Below are positions 46,487 to 55,216 of a DNA stretch of 64,000 nucleotides, piece after piece. The stretch lies in NCBI GenBank assembly GCA_009691245.1, contig SHUM01000006.1, forward strand, positions 20,399 through 84,398. Reading direction: 5' to 3'. This DNA comes from Acidobacteriota bacterium. Lineage in GTDB: Bacteria; Acidobacteriota; Terriglobia; 2-12-FULL-54-10. The notes beneath the pieces were generated by a model. That model made no database searches. It was not told the DNA's origin and saw only the letters and a list, made by a program, of their open reading frames with translations. The position numbers and the translations under genes are program-made. Each line of letters starts with the position of its first letter. The first letter of the stretch is position 1.

Positions 46487-47161
46487 TTGGCTTGTTGGCG
46501 CGTCTTCTCTATCGGGAGCGGATGGTTGTTTGATTCAACTGAGACCGATGCCCAGTTGGTGGCCCGCACGAGACGGGGCGACCTTGATGCCTTCAACGTG
46601 CTGGTGTCGCGCTGGGAGAAGCGGCTCTACAACTACCTTCTGCGCCTGCTGAGCAATCGCCCGGGATTTCGTGAGGACGCGCTCGACCTGTGTCAGGATG
46701 CGTTCCTCAAAGCGTATCAGAGCATTGCGTCGCTCGAAGACGCCGCAAAGTTTCCCGGTTGGTTATATCGCATTGCTCACAACTTGGCGTACTCCGAACT
46801 GCGCCGTCCCGCGCTCATGGTAAGCATGGATGATCGGTTCGACGAGAGTGGTCCCGAGGATAGAAAAGGCGAATGCATTCCGATACGCAATTCGTTGGCG
46901 TGGTCCAGGGCTTCCGGCGGCTCCAGCCGGGAGTTGGAACTGGCTGTGGCGAGCGCGCTCGACTCACTGCCCGCCGAGCAGCGCGAAGCCATTGTCCTCA
47001 AGGTGTATCACGGGTTTCTGTTTCAGGAAATTGCGGCGATCACTTCCTGCCCACTCAGCACTGTCAAGACACGCATCTACGCGGGCTTCGCGCAGTTACG
47101 AGCTGTCCTCGGCGACAGCGTGCCCAGTTTCCCGCGGGTAGCCCACGAACGGCCCTTGTAG
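46487..47161 (+). CDS. ECF-type RNA polymerase sigma factor
   Basis: Region 2 is DAQLVARTRRGDLDAFNVLVSRWEKRLYNYLLRLL...DLCQDAFLKAY; region 4 is LPAEQREAIVLKVYHGFLFQEIAAITSCPLSTVKTRI. The start is uncertain; a TTG at 46526 is possible. Confidence 0.85.
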   Translation: MACWRVFSIGSGWLFDSTETDAQLVARTRRGDLDAFNVLVSRWEKRLYNYLLRLLSNRPGFREDALDLCQDAFLKAYQSIASLEDAAKFPGWLYRIAHNLAYSELRRPALMVSMDDRFDESGPEDRKGECIPIRNSLAWSRASGGSSRELELAVASALDSLPAEQREAIVLKVYHGFLFQEIAAITSCPLSTVKTRIYAGFAQLRAVLGDSVPSFPRVAHERPL

Positions 47162-47365
47162 CGCCGGACCCCAGTGGTCTCATAACTTTTTCTCCTATCA
47201 ATTTTGATTGTGTAGTTCTTCACCCTTGCGGCAAGCCGGGAATCGATTTTTTCGCAGAATCGAGCACGCTCGAACTACGCTCATTCATGCGGATCGACTG
47301 GTTTTTCCCGCTTGCCGCCCCTCTCACTAGAAGCGTGGGATGTGGGAGTGAGTCAGGAGTGACAT

Positions 47366-48070
47366 ATGAAATGTGATGAAGTGAGATCGTTGCTTACAGA
47401 CTTTGTCCTCGATGAGGTCTCACCGCACGATGGTCAAAGCGTACGCGATCATCTAGACCGGTGTTCTGCCTGTCAGCATCAGGAGGTCGAGGTGCGGGGG
47501 ATGTTGAGGCTGCTCCAACGCAGTGAAGTGATCGATGAGGTTCCGCAGCGAATCCGCATCGCTGCCGATCCGTCATTACAACCGGAAGCGAGATGGCTCG
47601 CTGCCTTCTGGGGCAATGCCAGCCGCCTAGTCTTTGCAGGAGGGGCCATGGCGTGTCTGGCCGTAGGCCTCCTGGGGATATTTCAGGCACGATTGAGTTA
47701 CGCGGAAGGCAGGATAGAGGTTGCGTTTGGCCCACAACCAGAGATTGGACCTACTCCTTCCTTGGTACAAGTCACGGAATATCCGATGCCGGCATCCGCA
47801 GGCACGCAACTCACCAGACAGGATGTGGTTAATCTTATTACTCAGTCATCGCAAGCTAGTGAAGTCCGGTTGCAGCAGAATGCCCAGAAACTGATTCAGG
47901 CTGTGGCATTGAAAGCGGACGAGCGTCGCGCCACGGATCTTCAGGACATGGCGGCGACATTCCGATATATGCAGGCTACCCAGACGAACATGTGGAAGGA
48001 ACAAATCCAGAGTCAGCAGATTGTTGTTGCTCTGGCGCAGCGGACGGGAATGCAACTTTCTAATCAGTAA
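47366..48070 (+). CDS. Anti-sigma factor (zf-HC2 type), single-pass membrane protein
   Basis: MKCDEVRSLLTDFVLDEV...VRDHLDRCSACQ is the H-x3-C-x2-C motif. A TM segment follows (LVFAGGAMACLAVGLLGIF). Confidence 0.75.
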   Translation: MKCDEVRSLLTDFVLDEVSPHDGQSVRDHLDRCSACQHQEVEVRGMLRLLQRSEVIDEVPQRIRIAADPSLQPEARWLAAFWGNASRLVFAGGAMACLAVGLLGIFQARLSYAEGRIEVAFGPQPEIGPTPSLVQVTEYPMPASAGTQLTRQDVVNLITQSSQASEVRLQQNAQKLIQAVALKADERRATDLQDMAATFRYMQATQTNMWKEQIQSQQIVVALAQRTGMQLSNQ

Positions 48071-48142
48071 TGATTAGTGAGTCGGAGTACCGAATAGCGG
48101 TACCACTCAGGTGCAGTGGACCTGTTCCAAGAAGGAGAGTGT

Positions 48143-48790
48143 ATGAAGTCTCGATTGGTAGTAATCGCTATCGCGGGAGTGACTCTGGTTGGGTTAAACA
48201 CCGTTTTCCAGAGCCCAGTGTCGGATGGGGTGCTCTCCAAGTCTGCTACTGTCTTGGCGGCCACCAGTCCATTGCTCCCGGCTACTGGCCTTCCTGCCGG
48301 CGTCGATCCCGTGTTGTTGAAGCGCCAGATTCAAGCATTTCAGGGAATACTGAATCAGAATCTGCAGCAGTCATTTGAGCAACCGTTTGGGCTTATGCAG
48401 GACATAAAAGGAATTTATTTGTCACGTTACGGCGTGGCTTTTCACATGGAAGTTAATCTAGTTCCGCTGCGAGTCCAATCGATGTTCGATTATCGCCCTT
48501 ACACGGAAGAAGAGCTTCAGCGGACGCGCTCCGCCAAGGTAGCGCGAATTCAGCAACTAAAATTGCGCGTAAGCGAGATATTGCTGGCGAACGCGCAAGA
48601 ACTTAGCGCGGTGCCCCTGGAGCAGCAAGTAGCCGTGGTGGTGCATCTGTTTAATATGCCTTCCGAGCGTATTGATGGTCTGCCCAGTCAGGTCGTGATT
48701 GAAATTAGTCGCAAAGCGATAGTTGAAGCTAAATCCACGGCTGGCAGTGTAGAAGATTTTCGTAAGCAAGTTGCAATTTCTGAATTGTAA
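48143..48790 (+). CDS. Hypothetical exported protein, first gene of the T2SS cluster
   Basis: MKSRLVVIAIAGVTLVGL signal or anchor after AAGGAG. The stop is 15 nt before gspE. I recognise no family. Confidence 0.5.
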   Translation: MKSRLVVIAIAGVTLVGLNTVFQSPVSDGVLSKSATVLAATSPLLPATGLPAGVDPVLLKRQIQAFQGILNQNLQQSFEQPFGLMQDIKGIYLSRYGVAFHMEVNLVPLRVQSMFDYRPYTEEELQRTRSAKVARIQQLKLRVSEILLANAQELSAVPLEQQVAVVVHLFNMPSERIDGLPSQVVIEISRKAIVEAKSTAGSVEDFRKQVAISEL

Positions 48791-48805
48791 GTCAGGCGTG
48801 GTGAA

Positions 48806-50491
48806 ATGCGACAGCGACTTGGTGAGATACTCATAGCAAAAGGGCAGCTCCAGCCTGATGAACTAGACAAGGGTCTTGCGCTTCAGCGCGAGCGCGGCGA
48901 CAGGCTTGGCCGCCTACTAGTGGAGATGGGCCTGCTTTCCTCGCGCGACGTCTTGGTGGCTCTCTCCGAACAGCTCGGCGTGCCTCTGATTACCGCCAAA
49001 CAGTTTCCCGAAGCTGGATTTGATGTTGATGGTATTTCAATCCAGTTTATGAAGCAGTCTCGAATTGTTCCAATTTCCAGTGGAAACGACGTAATTACAC
49101 TAGTCATGTCTGACCCGCTGGACTCTGAAACGATTGCGGCGGTCCGCAATATCACCAAAAAACATGTCAAGGTTAGTCTTGCGGATGAGCAAGAGATAAT
49201 CGCCGTACTCGATCAGTATTTTCCTGAAGATGAATCCGAAGCACTAACGGAGACGGCAGGTGAGGGAAACGCTGAAGATAGTCAGAATCTGGAGCATCTT
49301 CGTGATTTGGCGAGTGAAGCCCCAGTAATTCGATTGGTAAATCACTTGATCTCCCGCGCAGTGGAGCGCTCTGCCAGCGACATCCACCTTGAGCCAATGG
49401 AAAAGCAGTTCCATGTGCGATACCGCCTGGATGGGGTGTTGCACGCGGCTGACTCACCTCCAAGGGAGTTGCAGGCAGCAGTGATCTCTCGTGTAAAGCT
49501 AATGGCTAAATTGAATATCGCGGAGAGAAGACTGCCGCAGGACGGCCGCATTCAGTTGAAAATACTTGGCCGGGAGGTGGATCTTCGTGTCTCTACTTTG
49601 CCCACCTTACACGGTGAAAGCGTGGTTATGCGACTGCTTGACAGAAGTGAGTCAGGCCGGTACGACCTTAAGAGTCTTGGTTTTTCCGATGCAATGATGA
49701 CACGGATGGAGCATTTCGAAAAACTTTCCTTCGGGATGTTCCTGGTAACTGGCCCAACGGGAAGCGGCAAGTCGACGACTTTATATAGTGCATTGAGGGG
49801 GATGAATACAGCGGAGCGTAAGGTCATCACGATTGAAGACCCAGTGGAGTATCAGATCAACGGTGTAAATCAGATTCACGTCAATCCACAAATCGGCCTG
49901 ACCTTTGCCGCTGGTTTGCGCCATATTGTCCGACAGGATCCCGATGTGATTATGGTCGGAGAAATTCGCGACCGAGAGACTGCGGACATTGCCATTCGGG
50001 CCGCGCTTACCGGTCATCTTGTGCTATCCACGCTTCACACGAATGATGCGCCTAGCGCTATTACTCGACTTACTGACATGGGCATGGAAAACTATTTACT
50101 TACTTCCTCAATCGTTGCCGTGTTAGCCCAGAGACTGGTTCGTGTCCTTTGTACTATTTGTAAGAAGGAAGAGAAAGTTTCCGTTGCTTGGCTACGTTCT
50201 CTTGGTCTCGCGCCGAGCGAGATGCCTGCTGACAGGCAAGTCCCGATCTGGCGCGGGCCGGGCTGCGATGCCTGTGATCACACTGGCTATCGTGGGCGTG
50301 TAGGTATTTTTGAATTAATGGAGCTTGATGAAGAATTGCGCAGATTGATCGTCGCCAACGCGGATGCCGTGGAGTTGGCACGATCAGCACGCGGACGCGG
50401 CATGAGAACGTTGCTTGAGGATGGAATGGAAAAGGTGTTAACCGGCGTGACAACTCCAGAAGAGATATTAAGAGTGACTCAGATATTCTAG
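48806..50491 (+). CDS. gspE: Type II secretion system ATPase GspE
   Basis: N-terminal T2SSE_N/MshEN-like LGEILIAKGQLQPDELDKGL; Walker A GPTGSGKSTT; Asp/His boxes; a tetracysteine motif (CTICKKE...GPGCDACDHTGYRGR). Confidence 0.9.
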   Translation: MRQRLGEILIAKGQLQPDELDKGLALQRERGDRLGRLLVEMGLLSSRDVLVALSEQLGVPLITAKQFPEAGFDVDGISIQFMKQSRIVPISSGNDVITLVMSDPLDSETIAAVRNITKKHVKVSLADEQEIIAVLDQYFPEDESEALTETAGEGNAEDSQNLEHLRDLASEAPVIRLVNHLISRAVERSASDIHLEPMEKQFHVRYRLDGVLHAADSPPRELQAAVISRVKLMAKLNIAERRLPQDGRIQLKILGREVDLRVSTLPTLHGESVVMRLLDRSESGRYDLKSLGFSDAMMTRMEHFEKLSFGMFLVTGPTGSGKSTTLYSALRGMNTAERKVITIEDPVEYQINGVNQIHVNPQIGLTFAAGLRHIVRQDPDVIMVGEIRDRETADIAIRAALTGHLVLSTLHTNDAPSAITRLTDMGMENYLLTSSIVAVLAQRLVRVLCTICKKEEKVSVAWLRSLGLAPSEMPADRQVPIWRGPGCDACDHTGYRGRVGIFELMELDEELRRLIVANADAVELARSARGRGMRTLLEDGMEKVLTGVTTPEEILRVTQIF

Positions 50492-50512
50492 AAATGATTT
50501 TTGGCCTTTCAG

Positions 50513-51781
50513 ATGGCAATCTTTTACTACAAGGCGACGACCGCAACGGGCGAATGGCGAGAAGGCGCTAGTCAAGCGAATAGCGAAAAGAGCCTTGTCC
50601 AGCAATTGCGGGCGCAAGGATTGCTTCCCGTCTATGTTGGAGAAACTCCGCAATCTGCCGTGGAGAAGGGCGGAAGCTGGCTGAGCAGTTTGGGTAAAGG
50701 TAACAGCAAAAGCTCGGTAAGCCTCCGAAGTTTTCCTTTTGCCGTCAGATCATGGGCTCAGGATCGCCTGGAGTTTACGCAGGAATTTTCCACGCTCCTG
50801 GCGGCGGGTATTCCTGTCGATCGGGCGCTTACCATTAGCTCTCATCTTGCTGCCAGTGAGCGATTTCGTGTGGTTGTTGCCGATGTATTGCGACAGATTC
50901 GTGGAGGCATGTCGCTGGCCGATGCAATGGAAGCTCAAGGTCCAGTGTTTTCGCGCCTATACGTGAATCTGGTTCGTGCAGGACAGGCGAGTGGAACATT
51001 GCCGATCGTGTTTGGGCGGATTGCGGAATTTGAAACGAGCGAAGCGGAGTTTCGTAGTCATGTTACTTCATCAATGATTTATCCTGCCCTACTGACGCTC
51101 GTGTCAATGGTGTCGATGACGGTAATGATGTACTTCGTGATTCCTCGATTTGGAGAGGTGTTTAAGTCTACAGGAATTCCAATTCCGGCTTCGACTGCCG
51201 CGCTGCTATGGATTGGAGATGTGCTGCGCAACTATGGATGGATTTTGGTATTAGCGTCTGTAATAGGAGCGATTCTATTTCGCCGATGGGTCAGATCTAC
51301 CAATGGCCGCCTACGCTTGGATCAGTCTCTGCTTGCAGTACCTTTGTTGGGAGAGATGCTGCGTAAGGCGGAGACCGCACGGTTTGCACGGACCATGTCG
51401 ACTCTGGTGGGTCATGGTGTTCCCATTGTTGAGTCATTGCGAATTGTCCGTGAGACAGTTAGTAATACTCAGATGGCTGCTTCTTTCGAGGGAGTCATTC
51501 AAGGTGTAAAGCGAGGCGAAGGAATTGCTCAGCCTATCGAACGAGCTGGAGTGTTTCCTGAGTTAGCGGTTCATCTGATGAGAGTGGGTGAGGAAACGGG
51601 CAGGCTGGACGTGATGTTTGAACGCTTGGCCAATGTTTACGATACCGAAACCAGGACAACGCTGCGGCGCTTGACGGCTCTGTTTGAACCCGTAGTGATC
51701 CTATTTATGGGAATTACCATCGGTGCCATTGTGCTGTCGCTGTTGATGGCCATTACCAGCATCAATGAAATTCCTTTTTAA
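50513..51781 (+). CDS. gspF: Type II secretion system inner-membrane platform protein GspF
   Basis: MAIFYYKATTATGEWREG N-terminus and two GspF repeats (LSTLLAAGIPVDRAL and MSTLVGHGVPIVESL). Confidence 0.9.
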   Translation: MAIFYYKATTATGEWREGASQANSEKSLVQQLRAQGLLPVYVGETPQSAVEKGGSWLSSLGKGNSKSSVSLRSFPFAVRSWAQDRLEFTQEFSTLLAAGIPVDRALTISSHLAASERFRVVVADVLRQIRGGMSLADAMEAQGPVFSRLYVNLVRAGQASGTLPIVFGRIAEFETSEAEFRSHVTSSMIYPALLTLVSMVSMTVMMYFVIPRFGEVFKSTGIPIPASTAALLWIGDVLRNYGWILVLASVIGAILFRRWVRSTNGRLRLDQSLLAVPLLGEMLRKAETARFARTMSTLVGHGVPIVESLRIVRETVSNTQMAASFEGVIQGVKRGEGIAQPIERAGVFPELAVHLMRVGEETGRLDVMFERLANVYDTETRTTLRRLTALFEPVVILFMGITIGAIVLSLLMAITSINEIPF

Positions 51782-51809
51782 GGTCAGGGGCTACTTGAGG
51801 GCATGCGAA

Positions 51810-52265
51810 ATGAATGAACTTATGAAGAGTAGAAAGCAGCAGTCGGTAAGTGAGGAGCGAGGTGTAACACTGATTGAGCTGCTGGTCGTTGTAACGATCA
51901 TCGCTATGTTTGCCGCATTGGTTGGACCACGGCTGTTCAAGCAGGTGGGCCGCTCCCGAGGTACCGCGGCAAAAGCTCAAATCAATTCCTTTCAGACGGC
52001 GGTAGGCGTCTATAAGTTGGACACGGGGAAGTTTCCTTCAACGGAGGAGGGGCTTGCCGCGCTACGGAGCCAGCCCAGTGACATTGAACGGTGGGATGGC
52101 CCATATCTTCCGCAGGACATTCCCCTTGATCCGTGGGGGCGTGCGTACATCTACCAATATCCCGGTGAGCACGGCGATGAGCCTGATATTGTTTCCCTGG
52201 GGGCAGATGGGCAGACAGGCGGAGAAGGTGAAGATACTGATGTTTTCAGTTGGAGCAGTAAATAG
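51810..52265 (+). CDS. gspG: Type II secretion major pseudopilin GspG
   Basis: Prepilin leader ...EERG/VTLIELLVVVTIIAMFAALVGP plus GspG hallmarks WDGPYL and DPWGRAYIYQYPGEHGD. Confidence 0.9.
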   Translation: MNELMKSRKQQSVSEERGVTLIELLVVVTIIAMFAALVGPRLFKQVGRSRGTAAKAQINSFQTAVGVYKLDTGKFPSTEEGLAALRSQPSDIERWDGPYLPQDIPLDPWGRAYIYQYPGEHGDEPDIVSLGADGQTGGEGEDTDVFSWSSK

Positions 52266-52296
52266 ACATAAGAATGGTTTGAAGTACTGAAAATCA

Positions 52297-52806
52297 ATGA
52301 AATACAAAAAAAACAGAACCTCGTTATGTCGGTCCTGCGAAGTAGGCATAACTCTTATAGAGTTACTCGTTGTCATGGCGATTGCAAGCGTAGTCTTGGC
52401 ATTGGTGTTTCCCGCAGTTGGGGCGGGAATGTCAAGCTTGGAACTCCAGGCATCCGCCAGGAAGGTGATCGGTGCGGTACATTATGCCAGGGAAAAAGCA
52501 ATCCATGCGCAAGAGCCATATCTATTGTTAGTGAACCAGAAAAGTAGAGAGATCGCTGTAAGTGATCTGACTGGTCATGAGCGATACGAGTACATACTAC
52601 CTGAGCAAGTCGAGATTAGTGAAATTACTGGAGATTTCCTACTGAGTCAGTTTGGCGAACCGACCACATCAATTCGGCGGTTTGAATTTCAGCCTGATGG
52701 GATGGTTCCACCGTTGAGCCTAACACTTGCTGTAAATGGCCGTATGGTTCGTATCATCATTGATCCACTGACAGGCTCAGCAAAGATTGCAGAGGCAAAT
52801 TTATGA
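52297..52806 (+). CDS. gspH: Minor pseudopilin (GspH-like)
   Basis: Prepilin-type N-terminus CEVG/ITLIELLVVMAIASVVLALVF, in the position after gspG. Confidence 0.6.
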   Translation: MKYKKNRTSLCRSCEVGITLIELLVVMAIASVVLALVFPAVGAGMSSLELQASARKVIGAVHYAREKAIHAQEPYLLLVNQKSREIAVSDLTGHERYEYILPEQVEISEITGDFLLSQFGEPTTSIRRFEFQPDGMVPPLSLTLAVNGRMVRIIIDPLTGSAKIAEANL

Positions 52807-53288
52807 AGTCTTTGCGCGCGAAGGCAAGTCGTCAAACTCACCTCAAGAAAGCAGCCATGCGCGGATTTACTTTGTTGGAAGTGTTGGTGGCAACAGCCGT
52901 TCTCGGCACATCCATTGCGGCAATGTTCAGTCTTTTAGCAGTATCCATTGGGAACACACGAAAGATCGAATACTCGGATAGGGCATTGATGCTAGGAGAG
53001 GCAAAGCTGAATGAATTTCTGGTTGGCCGAGGGCAAGGCACCGGCAATCTCGACACCGATGAATTGCGGTTGAATGAGACGGTTGAGGGTCGATGGGACG
53101 AGAAAACCAGATGGAAAGTACGTGCGACAAGAGTCGAGGACGGTGTCAGCGGTCCATCAAGAATGGCAATCCCAGTGCGAATTGACTTTGACATCTACTG
53201 GAGGCGCGAAGATGGCTGGAATGAAGGGAAGCTTTCACTAGAGACGATGCAAATTTGGCGAGACGCTCCTGCAAGTGGGGGTAAATGA
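52803..53288 (+). CDS. gspI: Minor pseudopilin (GspI-like)
   Basis: MRG/FTLLEVLVATAVLGTSIAAMFSL, with a 4-nt overlap with the upstream gene. Confidence 0.6.
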   Translation: MKSLRAKASRQTHLKKAAMRGFTLLEVLVATAVLGTSIAAMFSLLAVSIGNTRKIEYSDRALMLGEAKLNEFLVGRGQGTGNLDTDELRLNETVEGRWDEKTRWKVRATRVEDGVSGPSRMAIPVRIDFDIYWRREDGWNEGKLSLETMQIWRDAPASGGK

Positions 53289-54073
53289 ATTCAATGTTAC
53301 GAAAGCCCTGTGTGCATAGGACTGTTGTTGCTACAGCGGGATTCACCCTGATCGAGCTGTTGGTATCGATTACTGTAGTAGGAATGCTCTCGACTTCCAT
53401 GGTGATGGCATGGCGAGTTGCAGCTTCCGCATTCGAGAAAGTTTCAAAACTTCTGGAACAGGATCACCGAGCAGGAGCAGTACAACAACTAATTGAAGGG
53501 CAGATCGGCGACATGGTACCTGTTCGCCCTTGGCTAATATACGGGCGTCCAGAGGTTTTTTTTCAAGGAGAGCGGAACTATATGCGATTTGTCTCTCGCT
53601 ATTCATTAGGAGGCCGGACGAGAGGTTGGTTGGTATTAGCTGAGTACCAACTTGTTGAGAAAAATGGCATTACGAAGTTACTATTTCAAGAAACTCCTAT
53701 TAAGTCATTGGAAGGTCTTTCGCAAGTGGTTGAGGTGGAGAGCGTCAAATCTTCAGGTCAGGCAATCCATTTCAAGCCGATTGGTGGGGATAGTCAGGCC
53801 GGGTTGGATAAACAGAATTCACCTAACCGCGGATGGCAATTGCTTATCGATAACCTCGACAATTCCCGGCTGGAATACTTTGTAGTGGAAAATAATTTGC
53901 AGGCAGGCAGATGGATAGATACGTGGACAAGCGGAGGAGACTCGCTTCCTCGCGGTGTGGCAATTCGACTGGGAACTCATGGGGCCGGGGCAGGAATGCT
54001 GTTAAAGCCTGTGGTCGCAATGGTCCAAAATTATGAGCGAACCGTGGCGAGGCTCCCATTGTTTTTATACTGA
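53285..54073 (+). CDS. gspJ: Minor pseudopilin (GspJ-like)
   Basis: TAG/FTLIELLVSITVVGMLSTSMVMAW, with a 4-nt overlap with gspI. Confidence 0.6.
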   Translation: MNSMLRKPCVHRTVVATAGFTLIELLVSITVVGMLSTSMVMAWRVAASAFEKVSKLLEQDHRAGAVQQLIEGQIGDMVPVRPWLIYGRPEVFFQGERNYMRFVSRYSLGGRTRGWLVLAEYQLVEKNGITKLLFQETPIKSLEGLSQVVEVESVKSSGQAIHFKPIGGDSQAGLDKQNSPNRGWQLLIDNLDNSRLEYFVVENNLQAGRWIDTWTSGGDSLPRGVAIRLGTHGAGAGMLLKPVVAMVQNYERTVARLPLFLY

Positions 54074-54109
54074 TTCGGAATTATCGAACCGCTTTCGAGA
54101 GCTATTAAT

Positions 54110-55216
54110 ATGGCACAAATGATGAAGAGCAGTTACAAATCTAAAAAACTCGACATGGACTTTTCCACCTCAGTTAGTCTTGGGTTTCGACAAAGAGGTG
54201 TTGTGCTGTTGGCTGTTCTCTGGTTGAGCGTGGCTCTAAGCTTGATGGCCTTGAGTACTGCAAGTATTGTTCGTACTGAAACTGTTAGCGTCAATAATAA
54301 ACTCGATTCGCAGCGAGGGTACTACATGGCGCGAGGGGGAATCGAAGCGGCTATTTATGCGATCAGCAATCCGTTGTCGCTTCGAGTTGGAGAAACTAGA
54401 AGCCCCGCTCCAGACGAATATGTTCCGGGCCGTCGGTGGATGCATTTTGATTATCAGGGAGGTTCGACATTGGTTGAAATCATCCCAGAGAATGCGAAAA
54501 TTGGTGCGAATCATGCCTCACTGGATCAGTTACAAGCACTATTCGAGAAATTGGGGCTACAGAGTGATGCGAGTGTGGAGTTGGCCGGAGCAATGGTGGA
54601 GTGGCGATCTCCGATCACGTCGACAGTCGAAACGCAATTAGATTTCTTCTATTCCACAGTTTCCCCGCCCTATCACGCTAAACATGCCATGATCGAAGAT
54701 TTAGAGGAACTACTTGCCGTGAAGGGAATGACGCGCGATGTCTATTTTGGAAAATTATCGCAGATGTCCGACGGGACCTGGCAACGCCGGCCACCACTAC
54801 CGGATTTGCTGACTACGGAGCCGAACCTGGGAGGGATTAATGTTAACTATGCGGCGGCTGAAGTAATGGCAACGATGCCCGGTTGGGACAATCAACTGGC
54901 TGACCAAGTTGTTTCTGCTCGAAGCGATGGAGTCATGGGGGCAAACCCATTTACCTCACTAGATGACCTGACTCGGCGAGTCCCTGCAGTGGCTACTGTT
55001 ACTGCGACCTCTCCTATATATTTGAACAGTGGATCAGTCTTCACTCTTATTGCTACATCTCAACCAGATGGGACTAAAGTTAGGCGTACAGTTCGAGCAA
55101 TAGTTAGGATTGAATCTTCTCTGCCATTGGGGTATCGGATTCAAGGGTGGTGGGAAGACTGGCCCTGGTCTCCAGTGCCGGCTAATGCATTTGAAGGAAA
55201 TGAGGCCGGGATATGA
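54110..55216 (+). CDS. gspK: Minor pseudopilin GspK-like
   Basis: RQRGVVLLAVLWLSVALSLMALS N-terminus without the conserved Glu5, about 350 aa, C-terminal HhH-like region. Position and size fit GspK. Confidence 0.65.
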   Translation: MAQMMKSSYKSKKLDMDFSTSVSLGFRQRGVVLLAVLWLSVALSLMALSTASIVRTETVSVNNKLDSQRGYYMARGGIEAAIYAISNPLSLRVGETRSPAPDEYVPGRRWMHFDYQGGSTLVEIIPENAKIGANHASLDQLQALFEKLGLQSDASVELAGAMVEWRSPITSTVETQLDFFYSTVSPPYHAKHAMIEDLEELLAVKGMTRDVYFGKLSQMSDGTWQRRPPLPDLLTTEPNLGGINVNYAAAEVMATMPGWDNQLADQVVSARSDGVMGANPFTSLDDLTRRVPAVATVTATSPIYLNSGSVFTLIATSQPDGTKVRRTVRAIVRIESSLPLGYRIQGWWEDWPWSPVPANAFEGNEAGI

